A program made the position numbers and the translations under genes. A DNA stretch of 64,000 nucleotides, from the NCBI GenBank assembly GCA_964016885.1, contig OZ024741.1, positions 85,932,001 through 85,996,000 of the forward strand, read 5' to 3'. Of this stretch, positions 12,716-24,200 are shown one piece after another. The notes below the pieces were generated by a model that was not told the origin of the DNA, made no database searches, and saw nothing but the letters and a program-made list of their open reading frames with translations. Source of the stretch: Eledone cirrhosa. Lineage: Eukaryota. Within the stretch, counting starts at the first letter, position 1; every line of letters begins with the position of its first letter.

Positions 12716-13278
12716 TATATACTATAAAGTATGTCCATAGAATCATTTGATAATATATATATACACCATTTCCCCTCCCAATTAGCATAATTAACCACAC
12801 AAAAAATCAATTAGACCAGGCTATAAGATTAAAAGGCACCTATGAAGAAATAGTAGATAAATAAACGACAGCAATAATTTGTCCAAATGAGTTTGTTTCC
12901 TGATGAGTTCGAAGCTCGAGATTTTATCCTTAATAGGATATTTCCGAAAGCGAACGAGACCCTAGGGTAGAAACGTGATCCTGGTATGTGTATATGCATT
13001 TTTTCTTCTAACTTTAATTTTATACCTAATTGTGTATAGTTGACGGTATATTTAATTGATTTCCACATGCTGTTGAAATGTTGGGTAAATATTCTATAGC
13101 GGTTGGTCGCGAAGAGATTGCTGTAGTTTATTTATCTACTATTTCTTCATAGGTGCCTTTTAATCTTATAGCCTGGTCTAATTGATTTTTTGTGTGGTTG
13201 ATTATGCTAAGCTAATTGGGAGAGGAAATGGTGTATATATATTATCAAATGATTCTATGGACATACTTTATAGTATAT
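12716..13278. repeat. Foldback/MITE-like element with about 160-bp inverted arms (12716-12875 / 13117-13278)
   Basis: ACTATAAAGTATGTCCATAGAATCATTTGA...GATAAATAAACGACAGCAAT is the near-perfect reverse complement of ATTGCTGTAGTTTATTTATC...TCAAATGATTCTATGGACATACTTTATAGT. The spacer is about 240 bp. Confidence 0.85.
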
Positions 13279-13363
13279 TGCTCTGATTATTTAATTTATT
13301 AATTCATCATTGAGCCACATCGTGAATGGTTGCCAAAACATATATCTGTGACTTTGTCTAGTT

Positions 13364-13364
<1 letters not shown>

Positions 13365-13424
<60 letters not shown>

Positions 13425-13676
13425 TTTTGTAAAATAAATATGATTTAAAGTTAATGATTCCACCTGAAGGGAATCAAAGCACCTGGTATATGTTTACTTG
13501 GTAAACGTGCTTACATTTTACCCCATGTATGTATATGTAAAGATATATGTGTGTGTGTGTGTGTGCGCGCGTGCGTACGTGAGTGTCATACATTATACTG
13601 TATTGTTTGCTTTGTTGTTTCCACTTACTTTTCCCATATATATGTATGTATATACATGCATGTATGTACATACATG

Positions 13677-13743
<67 letters not shown>

Positions 13744-13805
13744 CACATACATATATATATATATACATACATACATGTATGTATATTTGTGCGAGTGTAT
13801 ATATA

Positions 13806-13842
<37 letters not shown>

Positions 13843-13859
13843 ACATATTTGTCTGTATA

Positions 13860-13894
<35 letters not shown>

Positions 13895-14230
13895 CATACA
13901 TACATATGTATGCATAGTAGAAGTCATTGTGATTGCAGCAATACATACTTAGTTTATACAAATGAACTGAAGAGAACATAATACTGACACTGGGACATTG
14001 AATTTGCCAATTTGATCTAAATACTTACATTTGTGTATATCTGCATCTGTTTGTGTGTGTATATGTGTCTGTGTATGTAAGTATGTATGTATGTAAATGA
14101 ATATTATGTGTGTAAGTATGCTATGAGTATTGTGTGTATATCTGTATGTGTATACAAATGAGTATTATGTTTGTGTATGTGTGTGTATATGTTATGTAAA
14201 TGATTATTATATATGTGTGTGTGTGTATAC
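13365..14230. repeat. Compound (TA)n/(TG)n/(TATG)n microsatellite block
   Basis: Directly visible. Similar blocks occur at 7500-7635, 16101-16185, 26290-26502, 29205-29375, 36770-37030 and 37612-37667. Confidence 0.95.
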
Positions 14231-14552
14231 AAATGAGTGTTGCTTTCTGCAGATTCTTATACAAAGTAAGTACAATTGAAAATAAAAATATAACTAAAAA
14301 AATTGACCAAACCAGTTTGAAAAAAATCTGGTTGGAACTGAAAACTTTTGACACAGCACACAAGATATTCGTTTGAAGGTATCAAACCCTCCACACACAC
14401 ATACATTCACATACAATGAACTGTTGTGTTGGTGGTGGTGTGATGAGAGTTGATTGTAGGCCAATTGTATATACCTGTGTGTGTCTAACAGTACCTGTGC
14501 GTGATTACTTTCAATACAAGTAATTATTAAAAAATTCATGAAAAAAAAATCA

Positions 14553-15377
14553 TCACGGCTCTTTGGGAAGTCGTTTTGGAAATATTTTGGATGGCATCAT
14601 AACAGACTGATATGTTTTGTTCGAATTGTTGATCACAACAGCTTTTTTATCTTTAGCAAGTTGTGCCCTGATCTTTGATTCATGGAGCAAGCGTCGGTAT
14701 TTTTTGACATACTTCAATGTTAGCTGTAAGTAGAAATCTTTGCCCTTTTCTCCATAATCTAAATAATAGTAGCTGTCAAATATCTTAGGAATGGCTGGTT
14801 CGATTTGGGTACCCTCATGCCATTCATTGAATGATGTGATACTAATGAATTCTGTGAGTTCATTGAAAGCAGCTTGGAAGCTGTTTTCATAGTATTTCCC
14901 ATTTTCGCGATCCCGTTTGTTTTCGCCATTCCAAGGTCGGATCTGTAGATCAATGTATCCTGGGGCCACACTAGGAATGAAAAACATGTTGTGCTTCTTG
15001 GCAAACTGAGCATATTCTGGCCAAAAATTCCAAGATGATGCATGAGTAAAACCATCAGTGGCAAAATAAGTATAGAATCCATCGAATCCAGCATTCTTTA
15101 AGCTAAGCAAGTGACTCTCTTCGAGGGCAAGACCTATAAAGATAGCATCATATCTGGAGTCCCGAAGAGTGTATCGTTTGTTGCTGTGTAGGATCTCACT
15201 CCAGTGTTTTGGAGAGATGCGATAAGAATCATAGATATAAAACATTGGAAGCCACCTGCCTCTATAAAATTTCTTGTACAATGCTGGGTGCTCACCATAT
15301 TCATTGATAGCATAGATAACATCCCTTCGGAAAGAGGTATGATTCCGACCAAAATATGGTTCCATGTGTAGTATCAC
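14553..15377 (-). CDS. MANEA: Glycoprotein endo-alpha-1,2-mannosidase (GH99), last coding exon
   Basis: Acceptor TTTGCTTAG|GTG. Translation includes HMEPY, LPMFYIYDSY, GFDGFYTYFA, FIPSVAPGYID.IRPWN and the catalytic SITSFNEWHEGTQIEPA. The TGA stop is at 14555-14553, and phase 0 matches the preceding exon. Confidence 0.96.
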   Translation of the reverse strand: MILHMEPYFGRNHTSFRRDVIYAINEYGEHPALYKKFYRGRWLPMFYIYDSYRISPKHWSEILHSNKRYTLRDSRYDAIFIGLALEESHLLSLKNAGFDGFYTYFATDGFTHASSWNFWPEYAQFAKKHNMFFIPSVAPGYIDLQIRPWNGENKRDRENGKYYENSFQAAFNELTEFISITSFNEWHEGTQIEPAIPKIFDSYYYLDYGEKGKDFYLQLTLKYVKKYRRLLHESKIRAQLAKDKKAVVINNSNKTYQSVMMPSKIFPKRLPKEP

Positions 15378-16125
15378 CTAAGCAAACGAAAAAAACAAAC
15401 AAAATATAAATTCAATGTTTGAAATAGAATTTTTTAAAGTGAAATTTACAGTTCACACCTGTACAGATTTAGCTGGCTTTCTTTTTTAATGATAGAGAGC
15501 CGAGTTTTCACATTCTCGATATCTTTATTTCTAGATTTTCATATAGATTCTCTATTTCTTTTATAGATACATTAATGTCTGTTGGGGCTTATTTCTATTA
15601 TCAATATGCTGCGTGTATCTATTTTTAGAATGAATACACTGTATTCCTGTGCTGTAAGAGAGGACTAAAAGGGTTGGCATCAGGAAAGGTATCAGGGTAT
15701 AAAACATTGTCTCAAACCATCCTGTCCAAACACATGCCAGTGTGGAAAAGTGGATGCAAAAACTACAATGAAACGACGATATATATGAAGAGTTCATGAT
15801 TTTTCATGAAACCAAATTCCACTCACCAGGAATTGGCGGAAACAAGGCTATAGTAGAAGACACTTGCTCAAAGTGAACTCGAAATCATATGGTTGCAAAA
15901 CAAACTCTTTAACCATAAAGCGATACCTGTACAATATGTAACATTTAATTTTGTTAATGGAGATAGGGTTTATCTCCCCTTGCAAACCACAACCATCATA
16001 TACCATTGGTAATCTAGCTGAAAAGAGATACAAGGGGAGATAAAATTGATCTGCGTATTCAACAACCATCAAATGCTACCGACAGTACACCTATGACTTT
16101 TGAGAGAGAGAGAAGAGAGAGAGAG

Positions 16126-16180
<55 letters not shown>

Positions 16181-17318
16181 GAGGAAGGGGCAGAAACAGA
16201 TGTGGATGAAGAATTGACCACAGTATTGAACTGGTACTATTTTTTATTGAACTCAAAAGGCAAGACGTAATCTGCTGACCTGTCTGACTTCATAAGATGA
16301 CAATCTGTCTAACCCCTTGCAAGCAGAGAAAATAGATGTTAAACGGTTGTGGTGATGATGATAATGACAATGATGTTGCTGATATGATTTGCCTTATAAT
16401 TTGTTTGTTTTGTGAGAAAACAATTTCATTTTTACTTCAGTCGGGAGAACTCTTCAGCTATGTCAAAGACATAACAACCTTCTAGTGCCATGATAAAATG
16501 CACTCACTAGTGCACAGGAACATATCTAACCGAGATGTAGGCTACTGGCCTATCTAAGAGGTCAATAGTTCTATTTAAGTACTATCTTGGTCTTTGAATA
16601 CCTGTCCAACTCTTGTTAGCAGAGAAGACAGAGACATTAAGTGATGATGGTGATGATGGTGATGACTTACACTGTTGCCAGTTGTAAATCCTGACAGAAT
16701 TCACCAATCAAGAACAGATACTACAAAACTTCCTGGATAACTCTTTAACAATTCCACCAATTCACCACTCCTGGAATGATGTGGCAGTCATTAAAGCATT
16801 GGATTAAATAATTGCCTTGGTATTTCTCTGTGTTCCAAATTCATATCCTGCTTCCTGTCACTGGAAAAGTAGTGACCCTTCTGCCAAGAGTTGTAACTGA
16901 CAGGTAGTATCAGCAATGAAAATATAGTCAACCTCTTTTCTTTTTCTCCAACACTTGAGTTGATTCAAGTGAAAATGAAATGAAATTAAAAGCTCACACC
17001 TTTGCAGGTTTAGCTGGCCTCCTATGAGGTTGTATCTCACAGGATATGGGTGTTTTAATTATAGGAGCCCCAGTCCTATCTCGAAAAGCAATGTGCTATC
17101 TCCAGACCTTATGATCATGAGTCCAACACTCTAACCACTAGGCCACTCAACTTTATAGTTGATTCAATTAACCTTACAAATTTCCTTCACTACCAAAATA
17201 AGCCTTGTCATATGAGTGTCAAATAGTCAGCTTCTTTCTCTTTTTTAGTTTCCTTTTTTTTTAATTTAATTTACTTTCAGGTTAAATTTCATAGAATTTG
17301 ATAGTTTTGTTTACTTAC

Positions 17319-17428
17319 TTTCAGATTAAATTTCATAGCAGAATTTAATAGTTTTGGCACCAGTCTGTCAGGAGGTTGGCCTTCATCATCAGCAAGTCCT
17401 TGAGGATACCATGAAACAGCAAGACAGC
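17319..17428 (-). CDS. MANEA: MANEA middle coding exon (110 nt)
   Basis: Boundaries CTCTATCTGTAG|GC...AAA|GTAAGT. It encodes (G)CLAVSWYPQGLADDEGQPPDRLVPKLLNSAMKFNLK, with phase 1 in and phase 0 out. Confidence 0.93.
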
Positions 17429-18322
17429 CTACAGATAGAGAGAAAAATAAACAGATATCATCACCATCATCATCATCGGTCATCACCATTCCCATCATCA
17501 TCATAATCATCATCTTAACCTCATCCTCTCTCTTAGAATCACTATCTGTCCACCTCTTCCCCTCTAAACATACACATCTTCCAAACAACTTTCATCTCAT
17601 TTCTTTAATTTTGTTTGGCTGTTTTGCATGGAAATCAAAAAACTCATGAAGTAAATTCTACTTTTTCCTTATATATTTTCTTAGTCAACTATGAATATCC
17701 ATAACTAATATCTTAACTTTCCTTCTCGTTTACTAACAATGTGGCGACCTGGCCAATTGTCGCCATATCACACTCTCCCGCCGCTTACCTCCACCTTCAG
17801 GTTTGTTCCCACCACCATCCAGTAACATGATTTCCCAATGTGCCCCTTTTATATGTGAACTGTAACTATGCTAAGGAGAGCTGATGAGGGTTCAATAAGA
17901 TGTAACAGTGGCAGCCCAACTAGCAGTCAGTCCAAATAAAATTATGACTGCTTGGTGCAACAAGGGCCTAGGACAGCAGTTACTCTGAATAAAATAAGAC
18001 TGCACTGGGCCCACTCTGCTTTACCTGGCCTGCAAGCTTATTCACTTTAAACTATTTATTCCTAGTAAAAATCAAAGCCAGGAAGCTTGCAGGCTAGCTA
18101 AAACAGAGTGGGGTCCCCATTAGAATTTTACTAATTTCTATACCAACTCTGTACTTAAACATGCATCATGTACAACCATATTCTGTGGTTTTTCCAGTCT
18201 CCATACTGTTCATATATATCAGCACCCCAACATGGACGTAGTCTAATGGCTAAAATCAATAAAAGAATAAGAAAAAAAAGGAGTGAAACTGTAGAAAAAA
18301 AAGAAAAGCAACAAAAACTCAC

Positions 18323-18923
18323 CAATTTTAGCATCTTTTATCTGCTGCATATGAGCAGCCAACACCTCAGGATTTGAAGAACTGTAAGGGCCCAACTCAG
18401 GGTAATAATTTGAGGCAATGTCCAAAGGTGGGAAGTGATGCCTTGTAGCCTTACGCTGCACCTTTTCTCTCCAGTTCTGCAGTAAACGGTGGTTCCAATG
18501 GATGTACTTTTCATCATAACTGGGGTTTCCATACCACATGTAGTAAAAAATGTGGACATTGTAGTTCATGCCATCCTCATCAAATGGCACCGGTGTCGAG
18601 TGGATGTGTGCCGTTAGATTGGCACGCATCTTCGCCCTCAGAATCCTTTCTCGTTGCATCTTGGCTTGAAAATCAAGCATCTTCTTCAACATGACACTTT
18701 TTGACTGGGTTACCGACTGGTTACCAAAGAGTCGCTGTTCTTCCTGAAACTTCCAATCAACTTTGTCATTCTTTTTTATATTTCTTTTGTCACCGATACC
18801 AGCAGCAAGTCTGTATGCCTCCTCGGGGTTCCATGTGATGAAACGGAACCCCAAAATGATACCAGCCAGGAAGCATAGTAATATGCCACCTCTCAGACAT
18901 TTCCGTAAAGGTAACCTCAGCAT
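18323..18923 (-). CDS. MANEA: MANEA first coding exon (type II membrane anchor, stem, start of GH99 domain)
   Basis: MLRLPLRKCLRGGILLCFLAGIILGFRF signal-anchor, then VHIFYYMWYGNP...HWNH and DIASNYYPELGPYSS. Donor ATTG|GTGAGT; 601 nt (phase 1). The joined CDS is about 511 aa. Confidence 0.95.
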
Positions 18924-19000
18924 TTTAGCATATTCCTACTGGAGACAGCTGATCTGACCACATCATTATCTTCAGTTGCATGTCTGCAAAGGATAAATAA
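18924..19000 (-). promoter_or_regulatory. MANEA: MANEA 5'-UTR portion of the exon with upstream splice acceptor and uORF
   Basis: Acceptor TTATTTATCCTTTGCAG| with the exon starting at 18983. An 18-aa uORF (18981-18925) stops 1 nt before the main ATG. Confidence 0.6.
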
Positions 19001-19009
19001 CAACCATAA

Positions 19010-19306
19010 TAATAATAATAATAATGATGATGATCTTTTATTAACAAGGGTTTACATAAAGGTAAACATTAAGGACAGTACAAATATAGGTTTCTGCATG
19101 AAATAAAATAACAATATCAAAAGATGTAACAAGAGAAAGCCCAGAAAAGCTATGGTCACCTTGAATTCTAGGGCAAGCGCCCTCTCCCAGTTGTCCACTC
19201 AAGGCAGGCCCATTCATAGGGGTCATTCTTTCCTCTCTCACCCACCTTTCAATAAACTGGTTGGAAGGCAGCACTTCCCTCTCCACCCTGATTTTCTTTT
19301 TCAGGT
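19010..19306 (-). mobile_element. 3' end of an L1/Tx1-like LINE (left part, split by the Gypsy insertion)
   Basis: ORF2 tail KKKIRVEREVLPSNQFIERWV, then a 3' UTR, AATAAA at 19042-19037 and an (ATC)/(ATT)n tail. Confidence 0.65.
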
Positions 19307-19541
19307 TGTAGTAAGACGCCTCACGCTCCTTGATAGAACAACGCCGGTTGAGAACGCCAGAAAGAAAAGACAGACAGCCACTGAAAAGCCGACTGAACAC
19401 ACGCCAGAAACCAGCCTCTGTACAACACCATTGTTTGTGCTACATCAAAAAATAAACGTATATTTCATCTCTAATTTCTGCTGTTGAAATAATTATTATG
19501 TCACTCGTATCTCGATAACATCTATAACTAATACTGCTAAA
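19307..19541 (+). repeat. 5' LTR
   Basis: TGTAGTAAG...TACTGCTAAA, with an internal AATAAA at about 19451. Confidence 0.95.
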
Positions 19542-19542
19542 G

Positions 19543-19555
19543 TGGTGACCGACGT
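19543..19555 (+). promoter_or_regulatory. Primer-binding site, tRNA-Trp type (2-nt shorter than consensus)
   Basis: TGGTGACCGACGT versus the expected complement of the tRNA-Trp 3' end, TGGTGACCCCGACGT. Confidence 0.8.
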
Positions 19556-20439
19556 AAGAATTTAACGCAGCCCTTCATTTTCATTCAGTTGAACTTTTAT
19601 TGCCACATTGCCGGCCTTTTTTTTCGCAACTTGTGAAAATAAAAAATATTCCTTTTAAAATTATCGAAAAATTAGTAGTATTTCAAAAAACTTTTTGCTA
19701 CACTCGACAACAACAACGACAGCAGCAGCAGCGACAACATTGTTTAACCACTGACCAAAACAGGGAATAGTGAGTGGCAGCTTCATAGCCTTACCGACGC
19801 AAACCACCACACATCGGAAATATCAAAACGATTCATTTGTGTCGATAATTTAGAGCAACTTTTTTTTATTCACTTGAATATTTCATTTCCGTTGCCAACT
19901 TTTTCGCAACTTACAGAAGAAAAAAGAAAAAAGTGTATTTTTCCAAGGTGGCGTTGCGTTCCTTCCCAGTTTTGAAACGGACACATTTTTTGAATTGCGT
20001 GTGTGTTCCATGACTGATCAAGAGAGAAGAGACTAAACTTTTTTTGTGAACATAACTGCCCTGCATGGGGATATACATGCCTTACTTTTTTCTAAGGGAT
20101 TTTTAGCCACTGGCTACCTTTGTTGATATCCAACGCGGATATATTTTTAAAAAAAAAAAAAAAAAAACATTTTTTTTCTTCCTCTTTTTTACCTTATTTG
20201 ATTTGGCTGGTTCGTTGAAGCAACGCGAGGGGACAGACGTTGAAGGAAAATTTTTTTTTTTTAAAATATATATCTGTATTTTATGTATTTTGCATATTTC
20301 CTTATGTTTTGAATGTCTGTTTCTTTTTGCCCTTTAACTTTTTCTCAATATTGGCTGTTCTCTTTTTACTGTACAAGGGTACATTAATTGCTCTTTAGAT
20401 ATATAGGTATATATATTTGTTTTAATTTTAAAAGTTGAC

Positions 20440-21221
20440 ATGAATGTACCACATTTGCCCGCCTTTACTGGAAAACCTAAGATGTGGTTTGCCCAGTTAC
20501 AGGCGTATTTTACGGTCTGTAAGACCGAATCTGACCAGCGCCTCGCTGTACTGATTAGCGGCCTTCCCCCTAATCTAGCAGATTCAGTCCAAGACCTAAT
20601 TACAGACTCCCCCCCCCCTCTGACTTGACGTATGAGTTTTTGAAGGGCGAGATTTTGAGGAGGAATTGTAAGTCGGTAGAGAGTCGTTTTTGGTCACTGA
20701 TCGAGGACGAACGATTAGGTGACAGGACCCCTACCACTTTTCTCCCGCATTTGCGGGATTTGAGCGATTCCCAAGATCAGGATAGCCCTTTCCTGAAGCA
20801 ATTGTTCTTCTCTCGCCTACCTCAAGAGGTACAGACGATCCTAGCCCATATGCTAGAGGTGAATACCCTGGATCACATTGCTGTCTCTGCTGACAAGATT
20901 GTAGAGGTGACGAAGAGAGACACTTCGAAGCCAAAGTACGTTGCTTCCTCTTCTCTTCCTCAATCACGCTCATCAGCGTCTGATGACAAATTAATCACCA
21001 CTATGGAAGCCATGACTCGTCAAATGGCGGAGTTGTGCACGGAATTCAAGTCCTTTGGACGGCAGAGGAGCCGCTCACGACGTTATTCAACTTCTCGCCA
21101 CCATAGCCCTTCCAACACACCAGGAACAACATATTGTTATTACCATGACAAATATGGTAAAAAAGCCGCCCGTTGTAGGCCTCCTTGTGCTTACAAGGGA
21201 AAAGACGACCAGAGTCACTAA
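20440..21221 (+). pseudogene. gag: Gag, frameshifted at a C10 run (20609-20618)
   Basis: PAFTGKPKMWFAQLQAYF...DLITDSPP / LTYEFLKGEILRR...LGDRTPT...LKQLFFSRLP...ADKI, and a C-terminal [18 protein letters not shown] (CHCC knuckle). Confidence 0.88.
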
Positions 21222-24200
21222 CGGCGGATAGTGCGCTCTGCGAAACAACATCTAACCGCCACTTTTTCATTGAAGACCTGCTGTCAGGTAGAGCTTTTCT
21301 GGTTGACACAGGTGCAGCTTGTTCCGTATGGCCTGTGTGTTGTATGAAGGAGACTCCCCCTGAGACGCCTATTGAGTTGCAGGCAGTAAATTGTTCGCCG
21401 ATTCGAACTTTCGGACAAATCTCGTTACCTTTGCAGTTCCGTAATCTGCGGCGCGAGTTTAAATGGATATTTACTGTCGCTGCCTTGCCGTATCCGATTC
21501 TAGGCGCGGATTTTCTTCACCATTTTTCATTGACGGTGGACCTTCGTGGTAAACGCCTAATTGATGGCATCACGGGATTAACTGTTGTTGGCAAGGCAGC
21601 AGGAGTTCCAACGGTTAGCCCGACATTTTTTCTTGCTAACACCGGTGATCCTTTCCATGCGTTGTTGAACTCGTTCCCGCAACTGACACAGGGGAATTTT
21701 AGATTTGATGAACCTACTCATACCACGGAGCACTTCATATCTACAACTGGTGCTCCCGTTTTCTCTCGTCCTCGTCGCTTGCCTCCGGACAAACTCAAAG
21801 CAGCACGATCAGAATTTGATCATATGCTGCAAATGGGGATTATTCGTCCGTCCACGAGCCCATGGGCGTCCCCATTGCACATGGTACCGAAAGCGAATGG
21901 CGATTGGAGACCTACTGGAGATTATCGACGCCTGAATTCGATAACGGTACCTGACCGTTATCCTATCCCTCATCTGCAAGACTTTGCGTCTTCGTTGCAG
22001 GGATGCAAGATATTCTCCAAACTGGGTTTAATTCGTGCGTACCATCAAATTCCTGTCCATAAAAATGACATTCCAAAAACGGCTATAGTTACGCCATTTG
22101 GGTCTTTCGAGTTTTTGACTATGCCGTTCGGATTAAGGAATGCCGCTAGTACTTTTCAGCGGTTTATGGATGAGGTTACTCGCGGCCTCGATTTCGTCTA
22201 TACCTATATTGACGATCTGCTCATTGCTACTTCTTCTCCAGAGCAGCATACGCACCATTTGAATCTTCTTTTCCGCCGATTGAAGGCGTATAACGTGCAG
22301 CTTAATGCACCCAAATGTGTTTTTGGTGCTGAGTCACTGACTTTCTTGGGTCACGTCATCAATGCTGACGGTATTCGACCCCGGCCTGAGCGAGTTAAGG
22401 TCATAGAGGATTTGCCTCCACCGACCTCACTACGTCAGTTACGCCAGTTCTTAGGTCTGGTTAACTTTTATAGGCGTTTCGTGCCAAATTGTGCAAAATT
22501 GCTTTTCTCCCTGACAGAAATTTTGAAAAATTGTCGGAGGAAGAACAAAGATATTTCTTTGACAGACACTCAACTTGCTGATTTTCAGCACGCCAAAACT
22601 GTTTTGGCTAATGCTTCGTTACTGACTCACCCGGTACCCGGTGCAAAGCTAACGCTTTGTGTTGATGCATCGGATATCGCTGTGGGCGCAGTACTACAGC
22701 AAAACATCAATGGTCACCAGCAACCGCTGGAGTTTTTTTCCAAAAAGCTAAATCCTGCTGAGACGCGCTACAGCACCTTTGGAAGAGAGCTTTTAGCCAT
22801 CTATTTGGCCGTGAAACATTTTTCACATGTGCTAGAGGGTAGACAATTTACTATCCTCACTGACCATAAACCATTGACTTTTGCTTTGAGAGCGAAGGCT
22901 GATAAATACTCGCCCAGAGAGACGAGACACCTTGATTTCATCTCGCAATATACGAGTGATATCCAGCACATTCCGGGTTCACTAAATACAGTGGCCGATG
23001 CTTTGTCCCGCTTACCCGTGACAGCGATCTCGTCATCCTCTGACATAGATCTGACTCGTTTGGCTGCGGATCAGCCTCCCCTTGAGTCATTGGATGTCAC
23101 ATCGCCCGAGTTTGCGAATTGCGAGATGAAATACTTGCCTCTGTCGACTGCAGTTGGCCAAATTCTCTGCGACGTCTCTTTGGACGTGCCTAGGCCCTTC
23201 GTTCCAGAGAATCATCGTCGGACCGTGTTTCTGGGATTACATTGTATCTCGCATCCAGGATCTTCTGCCACAGCAAAGCTCATATCAGCTAGATTTTTCT
23301 GGCCAAATATGAGGCGTGAAATTGCTGCTTGGTGCCGTTCCTGCGTCGCTTGCCAGAGATCAAAGGTCCATCGACACGTCAAGGCTCCCCTGGGTACCTT
23401 TGCTAACCCAGATGCGCGTTTTTCGCATATTCATATTGACATAGTGGGACCTTGGCCTGTCAGCGATGGTTTTTCTTATCTACTTACCGTCATTGACCGT
23501 TTTTCGAGATGGCCTGAGGCCATCCCCTTGAAAAACATCACCGCGGAGACAACAGCACGTGCTCTTGTGTCTGGATGGATCTCTCGTTATGGAGTTCCAT
23601 CCACAATAACTACCGACCGTGGACGACAGTTCGAGTCGAGCCTTTTCCTCGAGCTGTCAAAATTAATTGGTGCTAAACGCATTAGAACTACGGCATACCA
23701 TCCCGCTTCGAATGGTATGGTGGAGCGTTTTCACCACCAACTGATGGACTCGGCGCATTGGAGCGAGTACCTCCCTATTGTGCTACTAGGGATTCGGTCA
23801 ACGGTGAAGGTCGACTTTGGATTTTCACCGGCCGAAGTACTGTACGGTGCCCCTCTGACGTTGCCCGGGCAAATGCTTGCCCCTATCGATCTTGATGCCC
23901 AAGATCACACTTCCTACGTGTCCCGTTTGCGCTCCTATTTCCAGGATTTGCCGCCAATGGACACTAGGAAACAAACTGTCAAGACTGCTGTCCCGAGGGA
24001 TATTGCCTCGTGGACGCATGTCTTTGTAAGGAATGATACGGTGAAGCCCTCCCCCCCCCCCCCCGCTCACACAGCCTTACACTGGACCTTACCGTGTCTT
24101 AGCGTGCTCGGCTAAGCATTTCACGTTAGATATTAAGGGGTCCCGGGAGACAGTTACATTAGACAGGCTTAAGCAGGCGCACCTTGACACGGACGCTGTG

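Noticed and set aside
13474-13927. YIYI/VCVC/HTHT ORFs (also at 7.4, 26.2, 29.2 and 36.7 kb)
   Set aside because: They are translations of dinucleotide microsatellites.
18243-18322. C-terminal part of the 226-aa ORF (EFLLLFFFF...) as a transmembrane tail; likewise the N-terminus of ORF 17289..17588
   Set aside because: This is read-through into introns beyond canonical GT/AG sites.
19041-19487. ORFs spanning the LTR (also 24496..24690)
   Set aside because: They are chance frames across LTR/LINE junctions; their shared N-termini just reflect the LTR duplication.
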